Part shown: one piece after another, positions 18,921 through 28,300 of the stretch | How positions within the stretch are numbered: position 1 is the stretch's first letter | How the letters are laid out: each line of letters begins with the position of its first letter | Origin: Kiritimatiellia bacterium | GTDB taxonomy: Bacteria > Verrucomicrobiota > Kiritimatiellia > RFP12 > JAAYLN01 | Assembly (NCBI GenBank): GCA_017458965.1 | Contig: JAFSZJ010000048.1 | Span: forward strand, 1-48,636 | Reading direction: 5' to 3' | Length of the DNA stretch: 48,636 bases | Made by a program: the position numbers and the translations under genes | The notes under the pieces: model-generated | Databases searched by the model: none | Seen by the model: only the letters and a program-made list of their open reading frames with translations | Told to the model about the DNA's origin: nothing

Positions 18921-19847
18921 ATGCCCGACCTCGACTACATGCGCCTTCTGCCAGGCGAGACACTCAAGGCGATAGGTCGCCTTGAGCTGCTTGCCCGTAC
19001 ACCTAAGGAGGGATTCGTCACAGGGCACCACCGCAGCCCGAACAAAGGCTTTTCCGTAGAGTTCGCGGAGCATCGGCAATATGTGGCCGGTGACGACCTC
19101 CGCAAACTTGACTGGCGCGTCCTTGGCCGCACGGACAGGCTCTATGTGAAGGAGTTCGTCGAGGAGACGAACATGAGGGTGACTATCCTCGTGGACGCCT
19201 CCGGTTCGATGGGCTACGCAGGCGAGTCCGCCGCACGGCGCGACGACCGTCCGCTTTCAAAGTTCGAGTACGCTCGATACCTCGCGGCATCGCTTTCCTA
19301 CCTCCTTATTGGTCAGCAGGACGCCGTGGGCACCGTGCTTTTCGATTCGGGGATCCGTTCCTACATACCGGCGCGCGCACGCCCCAGCCAGCTGCGCATA
19401 CTTCTTGAGAATCTAGTCGCGGCCTCGCCCGGGGCAGACACCAACCTCGCGGATGTCTTCCATGACATCGCCGAACGCATCCCGCGGCGCGGCATGGTCA
19501 TCGTAATCAGCGACCTCTTCGACGACCCGGCCCGTCTTGCCAGCGCGCTGCACCACTTCCGCCACCGCCGCCATGAGGTGATCGTGATGCATGTGATGGC
19601 CGAGGAGGAGCTTACGCTTCCATTCGAGGACTTCTCCGAGTTCCGGGATCTTGAGGTCGCGGACAACCTCGTCCCGCTTGATCCGCGGACCATACGCGCC
19701 GCTTATCGCGACCAGGTTCGCGCCTTTCTCAAAGCCATCTCTACCGAATGCGGCCGGCTTTCAATCGACTATGTGCCGATGAACACGCGCCGTCCATACG
19801 AAACCGCAATCGCGGAATACCTACGCTCGCGCCACTCGCCCCGTTAG
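18921..19847 (+). CDS. DUF58 (vWA-like) protein, canonical MoxR partner
   Basis: 308 aa with the DDLRKLDWRVLGRTDRLYVKEF signature and VTILVDASGSM. Starts 12 nt after the moxR stop. Confidence 0.88.
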   Translation: MPDLDYMRLLPGETLKAIGRLELLARTPKEGFVTGHHRSPNKGFSVEFAEHRQYVAGDDLRKLDWRVLGRTDRLYVKEFVEETNMRVTILVDASGSMGYAGESAARRDDRPLSKFEYARYLAASLSYLLIGQQDAVGTVLFDSGIRSYIPARARPSQLRILLENLVAASPGADTNLADVFHDIAERIPRRGMVIVISDLFDDPARLASALHHFRHRRHEVIVMHVMAEEELTLPFEDFSEFRDLEVADNLVPLDPRTIRAAYRDQVRAFLKAISTECGRLSIDYVPMNTRRPYETAIAEYLRSRHSPR

Positions 19848-19856
19848 CGTGCTCGG

Positions 19857-20660
19857 CTATGCTGGCGATGCCAAGGCTTTCCGGGTGGCGCCGACATCAT
19901 GGACTCTGATGATAGACGCGCCCTTTGCGACCGCGATGGCCGCCAGATGCGCGCTGGCGTCATCGCGTTGTTTAACACCCATTACGCCGGATACGGCACC
20001 CACGAAGCGCTTTCGCGACAGCCCGACCAGCACCGGATGGCCAAGCGCGACTACCTCGTCCAGATGATCAAGGAGCGCCATGTTCTCCCAGACCTCCTTG
20101 CCGAAACCGAAGCCGGGATCAAGTATTATCCGTTCCCGGTCGATCCCTGCCGCCATGGCCGACTCGGCCATGGCCTTTAGGGAGTCAAGCACATCGCGCA
20201 TGAACCTGTCCACTGCGTCGGGCCCGTCTTCCGGCGACCCGGAGCCTCCACCAGCCATATGCGCGTCATAGCCATGCATGAGGACGCATTCGGCACCGTG
20301 ATCGCGGACGACGGCTGCCATTCGGGCGTCTGATCCGAAACCGGACACGTCGTTGATGATGGACACGCCGCCAATGGAAAGGCAGGCGTCCGCGACGGAG
20401 GCATGGCGAGTGTCGATTGAAATGGGTATGAGAACGCCGGCATCGCGAATCGCCCGCACCGCAGGGACTACGCGGCGCATCTCCTCGTCCTCATCCACCG
20501 GCAACGAGCCTGGGCGCGTCGATTCCCCGCCTATGTCGAGGATGTCCGCCCCTTCGGCCTCCAGCGCAAGCGCCCTCTTTGCCGCATCGGTTGCTGATGC
20601 GATGCCATCGCCGGAGAACGAGTCCGGCGTGACGTTGAGTATGGCCATGATGAGCGCCAT
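19857..20660 (-). CDS. folP: dihydropteroate synthase
   Basis: ATG 20660, 4 nt after the gspF stop (the track start at 20678 is TTG). Motifs ILNVTPDSFSGDG, ADILDIGGESTRPG, ISIDT, IINDVSG, LVGLSRKRF and IIRVHDV. Confidence 0.92.
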   Translation of the reverse strand: MALIMAILNVTPDSFSGDGIASATDAAKRALALEAEGADILDIGGESTRPGSLPVDEDEEMRRVVPAVRAIRDAGVLIPISIDTRHASVADACLSIGGVSIINDVSGFGSDARMAAVVRDHGAECVLMHGYDAHMAGGGSGSPEDGPDAVDRFMRDVLDSLKAMAESAMAAGIDRERIILDPGFGFGKEVWENMALLDHLDEVVALGHPVLVGLSRKRFVGAVSGVMGVKQRDDASAHLAAIAVAKGASIIRVHDVGATRKALASPA

Positions 20661-20664
20661 GGCG

Positions 20665-21909
20665 TCAAGCGGCCCCAAGTCCGCTTGTCACCTTGAAGAC
20701 GGCGGAAAGGATCGATATGGCTATGAAGCCGACGACGCCGGCCACCAGGAAGATGAGCATCGGCTCCAGCGCCGCCGTCAGTATCTTGATGTGCCGATCC
20801 ATCTCGCTCTCGTAGCGTCTTCCTATGTGGCCAAGGGCGGATGGCATGTCGCCGGTCTGCTCGCCGATCGCCAGAAGGTCCGTCATCATCTTCGGGAACA
20901 CCCCGCTTGCGGCGAGCGGTCCGGAGATCGTGGTACCGTCCGTAACCCGTTCCCTTGCGTGGCGCAGTTCCTCCGCGATGATCGCGTTTCCAACGGTCTC
21001 CTCCGTTATCTTCAAGGCGTTAACCACCGTGACGCCGTTCGCCAGAAGAGTCTGGAGCGTACGCGCGAAGGACGCGAACACGCCGTTGGCGACCACGCCC
21101 TTTATTATCGGGGTCCTGAGCTTGAGCAGATCGAACATGCGACGTCCGCCAGGTGTCTTCACCGCTCGTGATAGCACCACTGCCAGTAGAGCCACCGCAA
21201 TTATTATGACGAGTATGTACTTCTGCGTGAAGGAGCTGATGTCCACAAGCAGCTGGGTGGTTGGCGGCAGCGCCACGCGCATGTTCGTGAAGACCGTCAT
21301 GAACTGCGGGATGATCTTGATCATCGCGAAGACTACGGTCACGACGCCCAGAAGAAGGACGATGGCCGGGTATGTCAGAGCCTGGACTATCTTGGAGCGC
21401 ATGGATGACATGCGCTCGTAGTGCTCTATAAGTCGATGGAGGACATCGGGCAAAGCGCCGCTCGCCTCGCCTGCGCGGATCATGTTGCCGTAGAGCGGCG
21501 GGAAGGATTCCGGATGGGCGCGAACTGCGTCGGAGAGGGCCTCGCCGCGTATGATGCGGTCTCGGAGGTCTGCGGCTACACGGCCCGACGGAGTTGAGGC
21601 ATCCTGTGAAAGCGAATTGAGCGCGTTGCCAAGCGTCATGCCCGCCGATAGGAGATCGCTCAGCTCCTCGGTGAAGAGCATCACGTCGCGCTGCGACATC
21701 TTCGTCGAGGTGCTTGCGGCGAGCTGCCACCACTTCGCGCCGGCTCCGGCGGAGGAGGATGCCTTTGCGGCACCGCCCTCCTTGATGGATATCGGAATCC
21801 TGCCGGATCGCTCGAGAAGCGTCTGCGCACCGCGTTTGTCGGTCGCGTCTATCGTGCCCTCGGTTCGCTTTCCGGATCTATCTATCGCCGTATAGACGAA
21901 TGTCGCCAT
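20665..21909 (-). CDS. gspF: type II secretion / type IV pilus platform protein (GspF/PilC family)
   Basis: Start reassigned to ATG 21909 because MATFVYTAIDRSGKRTEG is a typical family N-terminus. Two T2SSF repeats and three TM segments are present. The 63 upstream codons of the track ORF are Gly/Arg-rich junk. Confidence 0.88.
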   Translation of the reverse strand: MATFVYTAIDRSGKRTEGTIDATDKRGAQTLLERSGRIPISIKEGGAAKASSSAGAGAKWWQLAASTSTKMSQRDVMLFTEELSDLLSAGMTLGNALNSLSQDASTPSGRVAADLRDRIIRGEALSDAVRAHPESFPPLYGNMIRAGEASGALPDVLHRLIEHYERMSSMRSKIVQALTYPAIVLLLGVVTVVFAMIKIIPQFMTVFTNMRVALPPTTQLLVDISSFTQKYILVIIIAVALLAVVLSRAVKTPGGRRMFDLLKLRTPIIKGVVANGVFASFARTLQTLLANGVTVVNALKITEETVGNAIIAEELRHARERVTDGTTISGPLAASGVFPKMMTDLLAIGEQTGDMPSALGHIGRRYESEMDRHIKILTAALEPMLIFLVAGVVGFIAISILSAVFKVTSGLGAA

Positions 21910-21915
21910 GCCCCA

Positions 21916-21924
21916 ATCATACCA
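21916..21924 (-). promoter_or_regulatory. candidate extended -10 promoter (TGgTATGAT) placed 6 nt from the gspF ATG (leaderless mRNA predicted)
   Basis: Minus-strand sequence reads ATGGTATGATTGGGGCATGGCG. The -10 hexamer is at 21921-21916 and the ATG at 21909. Confidence 0.4.
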
Positions 21925-21971
21925 TGTTTTTCCGTCCGCGCCTATCTCTCCGCACCGTATTCTGATTTCTC

Positions 21972-22001
21972 TTGCATCCCTCCCCCTCCCCCGCCTATAA
22001 T
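21972..22001 (+). promoter_or_regulatory. sigma70-type promoter TTGCAT-N18-TATAAT
   Basis: TTGCAT at 21972-21977 and TATAAT at 21996-22001. Only 10 nt (ccccaccgtc, no SD) precede ATG 22012. Confidence 0.5.
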
Positions 22002-22011
22002 CCCCACCGTC

Positions 22012-23130
22012 ATGAAAAAGCCGACCTCCCCCAAGCCCCCGCGCCCCACCTCCTCCTCTCGCAACCGCCGTACCGCCGACAGACGCTCCGGCTCTCAACT
22101 GCCGGACATCTCCGATGTCTCGGCCGGAACATCCCGGCTGACATTCGGTGATGTCGTGGACGCCTGTCTATTGCCCGCTCTTCTGCCGCTCTTCGTGGGG
22201 CAGAAGGTACGGGGCATATTCCATGAATTGGATAAGAGCGGATACTTCATGGCAGAGGCGGTCATGGAGTTCCTGTTGTCGGTGTCCCTTGCCGTCGCCG
22301 GCGTAGGCGTGGGCGCTGTGACTTGGGGTGTTCTGAAGGCATTGTCGGTGGTCGCGGCGAAGCTAAACCGTCGGAAGTACCTGCCGAGGGAGCGCGAGAG
22401 GCGTCGCGCCCTGGCGCGCGAACGCCGCCGCATCAGGCGGCGCACCACCCTGAATCCCGCGCCGACCACAGAGGGGCTACTGGAGGCGTGGGCACATGCC
22501 AGGGAGTCGCCGTCGAGCATGATCCGCTTCGGGTCTATGCTCTGCGACCTCGAGGCGTATGTGGACAACTCCCTGATACACGACGAGAACGGCGAGATAT
22601 GCGGTCGACGCCCAGGCATTCGCGGATGGCTGCGCGACAACTGCCCGGAGCTAGCCGCGAAGTACAAGACCGTGATGGGCTACAAGGCGATGGCCAACAA
22701 GTTCCGCCAGGCGATGGGCATGTCCGACCCTTATCCCGCATCTATGGCCCTTGACCTCGTGGAGGCGGATGATGCGGCCCTCAAGGCAGACAACAAGGCA
22801 GAGGACGATTGCCAGAACATGGTGCGGAGTAATGATGGCAAAGGTAAGACGCGGAAGGCGGAAGAGGAGGAGGTCGCGCGAGAGGCGGAAGTGTACCGAG
22901 TAGCGAAGACGGTAGGCGGATGGGGGGAGGAGGAGCGTCAGAATACGGTGCGGAGGATGAGGGCGTTTCTTGCGGATTGCGGGAGGACGGCGAGGAGCGT
23001 GGCGGCGGCAATAGATGTCAGGGTGCATCCTGACGCGGTACCGCGCATCGTCGAGATCGCGGAGAGGCGGGAGCAGGGCCTGCCATCAAGGAACGGACCG
23101 ATGGCACAACTCGCAAGGATGATGGCGTAG
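22012..23130 (+). CDS. hypothetical membrane protein (basic N-terminus, long hydrophobic segment, Arg-rich stretch, unknown C-terminal domain)
   Basis: 372-aa ORF. High GC3 in this frame through the central part, and the opposite-strand ORFs look like shadow ORFs. Features seen: LLSVSLAVAGVGVGAVTWGVLKALSVVAA, RERERRRALARERRRIRRR, and RPGIRGWLRDNCPELAAKYKTVMGYKAMANKFRQA. I recognise no family. Confidence 0.6.
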   Translation: MKKPTSPKPPRPTSSSRNRRTADRRSGSQLPDISDVSAGTSRLTFGDVVDACLLPALLPLFVGQKVRGIFHELDKSGYFMAEAVMEFLLSVSLAVAGVGVGAVTWGVLKALSVVAAKLNRRKYLPRERERRRALARERRRIRRRTTLNPAPTTEGLLEAWAHARESPSSMIRFGSMLCDLEAYVDNSLIHDENGEICGRRPGIRGWLRDNCPELAAKYKTVMGYKAMANKFRQAMGMSDPYPASMALDLVEADDAALKADNKAEDDCQNMVRSNDGKGKTRKAEEEEVAREAEVYRVAKTVGGWGEEERQNTVRRMRAFLADCGRTARSVAAAIDVRVHPDAVPRIVEIAERREQGLPSRNGPMAQLARMMA

Positions 23131-23141
23131 ACTATGAAGGT

Positions 23142-24371
23142 ATGCGCGAACCATGCATGGGGATGCGGTGCACCATGAAAACGACATTGAGAAGATGCAG
23201 CATCATGGGAAAGCCCTTGGAAGGAAAAGCGGTCTCTTTCACGCGAATGCTGGTTACGGCCATTGTGTTTCTGGGAGCATCTGCAGCAATGGCAATTGAT
23301 GCCCCGGCGCCAATCACCTGCAAAATGGCACGCGGCGCGGAGGGGGAGAGACCCGCCATTCGGGATTTCGTCACGACCATCCAGCGCGACCTGCATTCGT
23401 CGCTATCGCTCCCCTACCCCGCCGAAGGCGCTTGCGAAATCGTGGTCGAAATCGGCTTCGCGGCACCTTCGTCCCGCGAGGTGGGCCATAGGCTTCTTCG
23501 CATGCCACCAGGAACAATAAGAGCGGTCGTCGCCGTTCCGAAGGATGACGCCGCATACGCTGATGAAATCCGGTTCTCCGTCGCAGCAGCCGTTTTCAGA
23601 TCTCTCCTCCATTCGCGCGTCGCCGAAGGCCAGAAGGCGACCGAACCACCTGAATGGTTCGTGCGAGGCATGGCCGCGCTAACAGACAGGCCCCGTCGCG
23701 CCGCACTCTTCGAGGAGACCTATAGCGCCTGGTCCCATGCCTCGCTGGATGAGGCGAGCGTTCTTCTGGAACGCCCTCCGCCACGAGGTTGCAGCGCAGC
23801 GGTCGCATCACAGATAGTGGCATGGTGCATCGACCGGCCAGATGCTAGGCAACGCTGGTCGAAACTTCTGGACGCCCTCGCCTCAGGCGAGAAGTGGTCA
23901 TCGTCGCTCCTCGAGGGAATCTTTCTCGATCTTGACGGCTTCGATGCGGACGAAGTCGCAAACGCATCATTCGACCAATGGATGGCGAACCAGACCAATC
24001 ACATACTCTCCCCAGGCACCACGCATCCCGGCGTTCTCTCGCGCATCGGAATGCTGCTGGAGGTCTTCCCGGATGAGATAAAGGCGGGTTTTGACGGGGA
24101 GGCGTCCCTTCCGCTATCATTCTTCGCGCACCACCCCGAGATGGACGGCGCACAGGCGCTTCTGCTTAAGCGTGCCGCGCGTTTCCGGGCGGTTGCAATA
24201 GGCCGTGATGACCTCTTCCGCCATCTCTGTCTCCTATATGCCCGGGCCTTGGAGACCTCGGCCATGAAGGGATGGTTCCATGCCTCGGCCTTGTGGCTGG
24301 CGGCCGAGGACATGCGGGCGGAGCTAGGGGCGCGGACTGCGGCCGGAGAGATACTGGGACTGGGGAAATGA
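23142..24371 (+). CDS. hypothetical secreted protein
   Basis: 409-aa ORF with several in-frame ATGs (23142, 23175, 23205). Signal-peptide-like RMLVTAIVFLGASAAMA-IDAP. I recognise no family; EPPEWFVRGMAALTD is faintly reminiscent of MA-clan peptidase-like domains, but there is no HExxH. The stop overlaps the argH ATG (ATGA). Confidence 0.6.
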   Translation: MREPCMGMRCTMKTTLRRCSIMGKPLEGKAVSFTRMLVTAIVFLGASAAMAIDAPAPITCKMARGAEGERPAIRDFVTTIQRDLHSSLSLPYPAEGACEIVVEIGFAAPSSREVGHRLLRMPPGTIRAVVAVPKDDAAYADEIRFSVAAAVFRSLLHSRVAEGQKATEPPEWFVRGMAALTDRPRRAALFEETYSAWSHASLDEASVLLERPPPRGCSAAVASQIVAWCIDRPDARQRWSKLLDALASGEKWSSSLLEGIFLDLDGFDADEVANASFDQWMANQTNHILSPGTTHPGVLSRIGMLLEVFPDEIKAGFDGEASLPLSFFAHHPEMDGAQALLLKRAARFRAVAIGRDDLFRHLCLLYARALETSAMKGWFHASALWLAAEDMRAELGARTAAGEILGLGK

Positions 24372-25801
24372 AAGCCAAAAAGGAATCAATCTTCGAATCG
24401 AGCAAGGGCGAGAAGACGCTCATAGGAGCGATTGACGCCGACGTGTTGAAGTACACCGTAGGCGATGACCCTGTGCTCGACCTGCGAATCGCGGAGTATG
24501 ACGCGGTAGGTTCCGCGGCCCACGCCACCATGCTGGCGCGTATGCGCGTGAACCCGGCCATCCTGACAAAGGACGAACTCAAAGGCGTCATCGCCGCGCT
24601 CGCGGACGTTGTCCGCGACGTCCGGGCCGGAACCTTCACGATAACGGCGGAGGACCAGGACTGCCATCTCGCCATCGAACGCTTTCTGACCTCACGGCTG
24701 GGAGATACCGGCAAGCGCATCCATACCTGCCGTAGCCGAAACGACCAGTCGGCGACCGCCCTGCGTCTTTACATGCGCTCAGAACTCCTCGCCGCCGCCG
24801 ATGAGATCGCAGGCCTCGCCAAGGCGCTTGTCGCCTTCGGGAAGCGCAACCGCGCCTTGCCGATGGTAGGCCGGACGCACCTGCAGCCGGCGATGCCGAG
24901 CTCCGTTGGGGTGTGGGCGACGGCATACGCGGAGGAATACCTCGACACACTAGCGGACATCGTTCGCGGCGCAATAGACTACGTCAACAGATGTCCCCTC
25001 GGCTCCGCCGCAAGCTACGGTGTACCGCTGCCAATCGACCGCGAACTGGTATCAAGGCTTCTCGGCTTCGCATCGCCGATACACAACGTCCTTGCCGCCG
25101 GCAACAGCCGCGGGAAGACGGAGAGCGTAGTCATAGCGGCGCTCGCGCAGGCGATGATAACCTCAAGCCGCCTCGCCCAGGATCTAATACTCTTCTCAAT
25201 GCCGGAGTTCGGGTACTTCTCCCTTCCAAGGGAGTTCTGCACAGGCTCCTCCATAATGCCGCAGAAGTACAACCCGGATGTATGCGAGCTCATCCGCTCC
25301 AAAGCCGCCCGTGTCGCTGCCCTTTCATCCGCGGCGACGACGATAATGGTCGGAATGCCAGGAGGCTACAACCGCGACCTGCAGGACACGAAGTCCCTCG
25401 TGGTGGAGGCCTTTGACACCACGCGCTCTACGCTCCGCATCCTCGCCCGCCTCATAGGAGGGCTCGAAGCGCATCCAGACCGCCTCCGCGCCGCCTTCGC
25501 CGACCCCGGGGTCTTCGCAACGGATCGCGCACTTGAACTTGTCGCAGGTGGCATGCCGTTCCGCGACGCCTACCACTCCGTCCGCGAGAACCTCGAATCG
25601 CTGCGCGGGATGGATCCTGACGAAGCCATTTCCCGCAAGACGCACCTCGGCGCGCCATTCGGGCTGGACTTCGATCTATACGGCCAGATGATAGCCAACG
25701 CGCGCCGCGACATCGCAGCACGGACACGGCGTATCAACGCGGCGTTCTCACGGCTGCTCGGCATGCCATTCGGCGCACGGACACAATCCGGAGCGGTCTA
25801 A
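24368..25801 (+). CDS. argH: argininosuccinate lyase
   Basis: ATG 24368. Motifs SRNDQSATALRLY, HLQPAMP and the fumarate-lyase signature GSSIMPQKYNPDVCE. Confidence 0.9.
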   Translation: MKAKKESIFESSKGEKTLIGAIDADVLKYTVGDDPVLDLRIAEYDAVGSAAHATMLARMRVNPAILTKDELKGVIAALADVVRDVRAGTFTITAEDQDCHLAIERFLTSRLGDTGKRIHTCRSRNDQSATALRLYMRSELLAAADEIAGLAKALVAFGKRNRALPMVGRTHLQPAMPSSVGVWATAYAEEYLDTLADIVRGAIDYVNRCPLGSAASYGVPLPIDRELVSRLLGFASPIHNVLAAGNSRGKTESVVIAALAQAMITSSRLAQDLILFSMPEFGYFSLPREFCTGSSIMPQKYNPDVCELIRSKAARVAALSSAATTIMVGMPGGYNRDLQDTKSLVVEAFDTTRSTLRILARLIGGLEAHPDRLRAAFADPGVFATDRALELVAGGMPFRDAYHSVRENLESLRGMDPDEAISRKTHLGAPFGLDFDLYGQMIANARRDIAARTRRINAAFSRLLGMPFGARTQSGAV

Positions 25802-25941
25802 TCGGGAGGATGGCCAAGCGCTCTGACACAGGCACCTGATTTCAGATTTCAAATCTCATATCTCAGATGTTGTTGTCAGATGTCAGGTCTAAACTGGCAC
25901 AGGGTGCGCGAGGCCAAGCCTTTTCCAACAAGACCCTGTGA

Positions 25942-28146
25942 TCAATCGTTCGAGAGGCGGCGGAGGAACTGCTGTCCCTGCGCAGCGGCCTGTCCGCCGG
26001 GATACTCCTCGACGAGGCGTTGGAACTTCTCCACGGCAAGCGCCCTGTTGCCCTGGCGGTAGAGGACGACGCCCCACTTGAGGAGCATCTCGTCGAGCCA
26101 CGGGGCGTCCGGGTAGTCCTGGAAGACGCGTTCAAGCGTTTCGACGCAGCGCGAGTAGTCGCGTGTCGAGATGTAATAGTCGATGACCTTCTTGAAGGCA
26201 TCGCCGGCGTAGGCCGATTCCGGATAGGCGTCCGCGCAACGCTTGTAGGCCACCATCGCACCGGAGTAATCGACCTTTGCGCCGGGGTTCTCGGCCTCGC
26301 GCAGCTTGACCTGGCGCTCGATGGCCTCGCCGATGCGGTACTGCGCCTCGGCCTTCAGCGGAGAGTTGGGGAGGGAGAGGACGGCATTGAAGACCTGTAT
26401 CGCGGACGCAAGCGACTTCGGGTCCTTGTTGTCCTCCATGCGTGCCTTGCCTATCTGCATGAAGGCGCGATCGGCTAGCGTGGAGTCCGGGTAGAGACGG
26501 ACGAGCTGGCGGCATGTGTTGATGGCTCCGCTCAGGTTGCCCTGGACAAGCTGGAGATCCCATTTGACCGCGAAGGTGTCCTCGATTATCGCGCGGTCGA
26601 GGCTGAAGCGCGACGCGAGCGACATCAGCTCCTCGACCTTCAGGAGGCCTTCCTCCGCCTTCTCGGACGCATGGGAGTTAAGACCGACGTCCTTGAATAT
26701 GTTGCCCCACTTGTGGAGGAGCTGGGCCTCCAGGAGGAGCTTCTTCGCCTGGACGGTCGCGTCGGAGGCGTTCGCTATGATGCTCTGCGGCTCGGCGCTG
26801 CCGCCAACAAGGACGGCGGCATCCGCGATGCGCGTCACGGTGTTCGTTCCGCCAAGGTGCGACACATCCTCATATGAGACCTCGACCCTGTCATCGGGGG
26901 TAACGCCGATCTCTCCGGGGCCGATGATGGTCGGCGGGAGGTTGGTGTCGGTGTTGAGGATCTTCGCGGTGATGCGGCCGGTGAAGACGCCGGAGCGCGC
27001 CTCGGTCTCGGAGAGCTTGACCTCGGCGGTGGAGCGCACGATCCAGGGGGCGTCCGGATCAGGCGGCGGGGGAACAACGCCTTCCGGGACCTCCGGTTTC
27101 TCGCGATACTTAGCGGAGACCGTGACGACGACCGAGTCCGGATTCGGCGAGGTGTCGCAGTCAAGGTCGCGAAGACGGATGAAGGCGGGCTGGTCGGCGA
27201 AGATGCCGCGGACACGCTGGCGCATCGCGCCGTCCATGAAGGTGATAGACGCGGATGAGACCACGTTCGCCTTGGCGGCGCGCTGGACATTGACGGATCC
27301 ATCCTCCGAGTTGCGGTCCACATAGACCACGGAGATGTCATCGGCGCCTTGAACGGTGAGGCGGCCGTCGTAGGGCTGCGTCGGGTCGGTTGTGGTGATG
27401 ACGGAGGCGAGGAAGTCGCCATCTCCGCGGCCGAACGCGACCAGCTCCGCGCGCTCCTTGTCGCCGGACTTCGATTCCAGCTCGACCTTGGAGTTCTCAC
27501 CAAGCGCGGCTAGGACGGCCAGGTCCTTGTCGCTCACATGGACGTAGATGCGCTGCCCGGCCTCGGCGAGGACGGTTTCGTTCGTCGCGCCATCATCCGG
27601 AACGGCGGTTCCGACCATCTTGAACGCCTCGGATGCGCGCGCCCAGCGGCCGGCGTCGAAATGGATCTGGCCGATGAGGTAGAAGGCGTCGTTGGCGAAA
27701 AGGCTTGTCGGGTAGTCCTGGGTGACGCGGCGGAAGATCATGGCGGCGTCGCCGGAGTTGCCGCGCGAAAGCTCGCACTGCCCCTGGAGGAGAAGCGCCT
27801 CGGCCTGGAGTTCGCGGTCCTGCGACCCGAGGGCCTTGCGAAGGTTGGCGAAGGCCTGATCGTACTGCCGCTTGTCGATAAGGTGGCGACCAAGCTCAAG
27901 GTATGCGTTGAAGCGCGAAGGCGCGTCAGGGAACATCTTGGGCACCGCTTCGAGCATGCCGACGGCGCGATCGTCCTCGTTGTTCTCTATGAGCTCCTTG
28001 GCGTTGCGGACCATTCGCTTGGCACGCGCCTCGATCTGCTCGGGCGAACCGGAGTTGTCCTTGTCGGCAGGCGCCTGGCCCTGGGCCATTGCCGCGGAAG
28101 CGGCCACGAACGCCGCAAGGAAAACGATTGGCAATCTATTCATCAT
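25942..28146 (-). CDS. secreted TPR-repeat protein with a beta-rich central region
   Basis: Start reassigned to ATG 28146 (GGAG 4 nt upstream). Signal peptide MMNRLPIVFLAAFVAASAAMAQG. YbgF/TPR-like repeats at both ends flank about 300 aa of non-TPR sequence. Confidence 0.85.
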   Translation of the reverse strand: MMNRLPIVFLAAFVAASAAMAQGQAPADKDNSGSPEQIEARAKRMVRNAKELIENNEDDRAVGMLEAVPKMFPDAPSRFNAYLELGRHLIDKRQYDQAFANLRKALGSQDRELQAEALLLQGQCELSRGNSGDAAMIFRRVTQDYPTSLFANDAFYLIGQIHFDAGRWARASEAFKMVGTAVPDDGATNETVLAEAGQRIYVHVSDKDLAVLAALGENSKVELESKSGDKERAELVAFGRGDGDFLASVITTTDPTQPYDGRLTVQGADDISVVYVDRNSEDGSVNVQRAAKANVVSSASITFMDGAMRQRVRGIFADQPAFIRLRDLDCDTSPNPDSVVVTVSAKYREKPEVPEGVVPPPPDPDAPWIVRSTAEVKLSETEARSGVFTGRITAKILNTDTNLPPTIIGPGEIGVTPDDRVEVSYEDVSHLGGTNTVTRIADAAVLVGGSAEPQSIIANASDATVQAKKLLLEAQLLHKWGNIFKDVGLNSHASEKAEEGLLKVEELMSLASRFSLDRAIIEDTFAVKWDLQLVQGNLSGAINTCRQLVRLYPDSTLADRAFMQIGKARMEDNKDPKSLASAIQVFNAVLSLPNSPLKAEAQYRIGEAIERQVKLREAENPGAKVDYSGAMVAYKRCADAYPESAYAGDAFKKVIDYYISTRDYSRCVETLERVFQDYPDAPWLDEMLLKWGVVLYRQGNRALAVEKFQRLVEEYPGGQAAAQGQQFLRRLSND

Positions 28147-28192
28147 CAGTCTCCACTGTATCCGGTTAGGTCGGATAGAGCATGTCCATCCA

Positions 28193-28208
28193 AGCAGGAA
28201 GCATACCA
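28193..28208 (-). promoter_or_regulatory. sigma54-type -24/-12 box (TGGTAT-N5-CTGCT) upstream of the TPR gene
   Basis: Minus-strand sequence reads TTTGGTATGCTTCCTGCTTGGA. GG-N10-GC spacing is kept. It lies 46 nt upstream of ATG 28146, within the 155-nt gap after the PqqD-like gene. Confidence 0.45.
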
Positions 28209-28300
28209 AAGATTCTGAAATCATGCGCGTGAAGCGCGATATGCCGAGGCGGGGATTGGAGATCGGTTGCCGGAGGCCTGTGGCCCGAGGCGGTTTTCCG

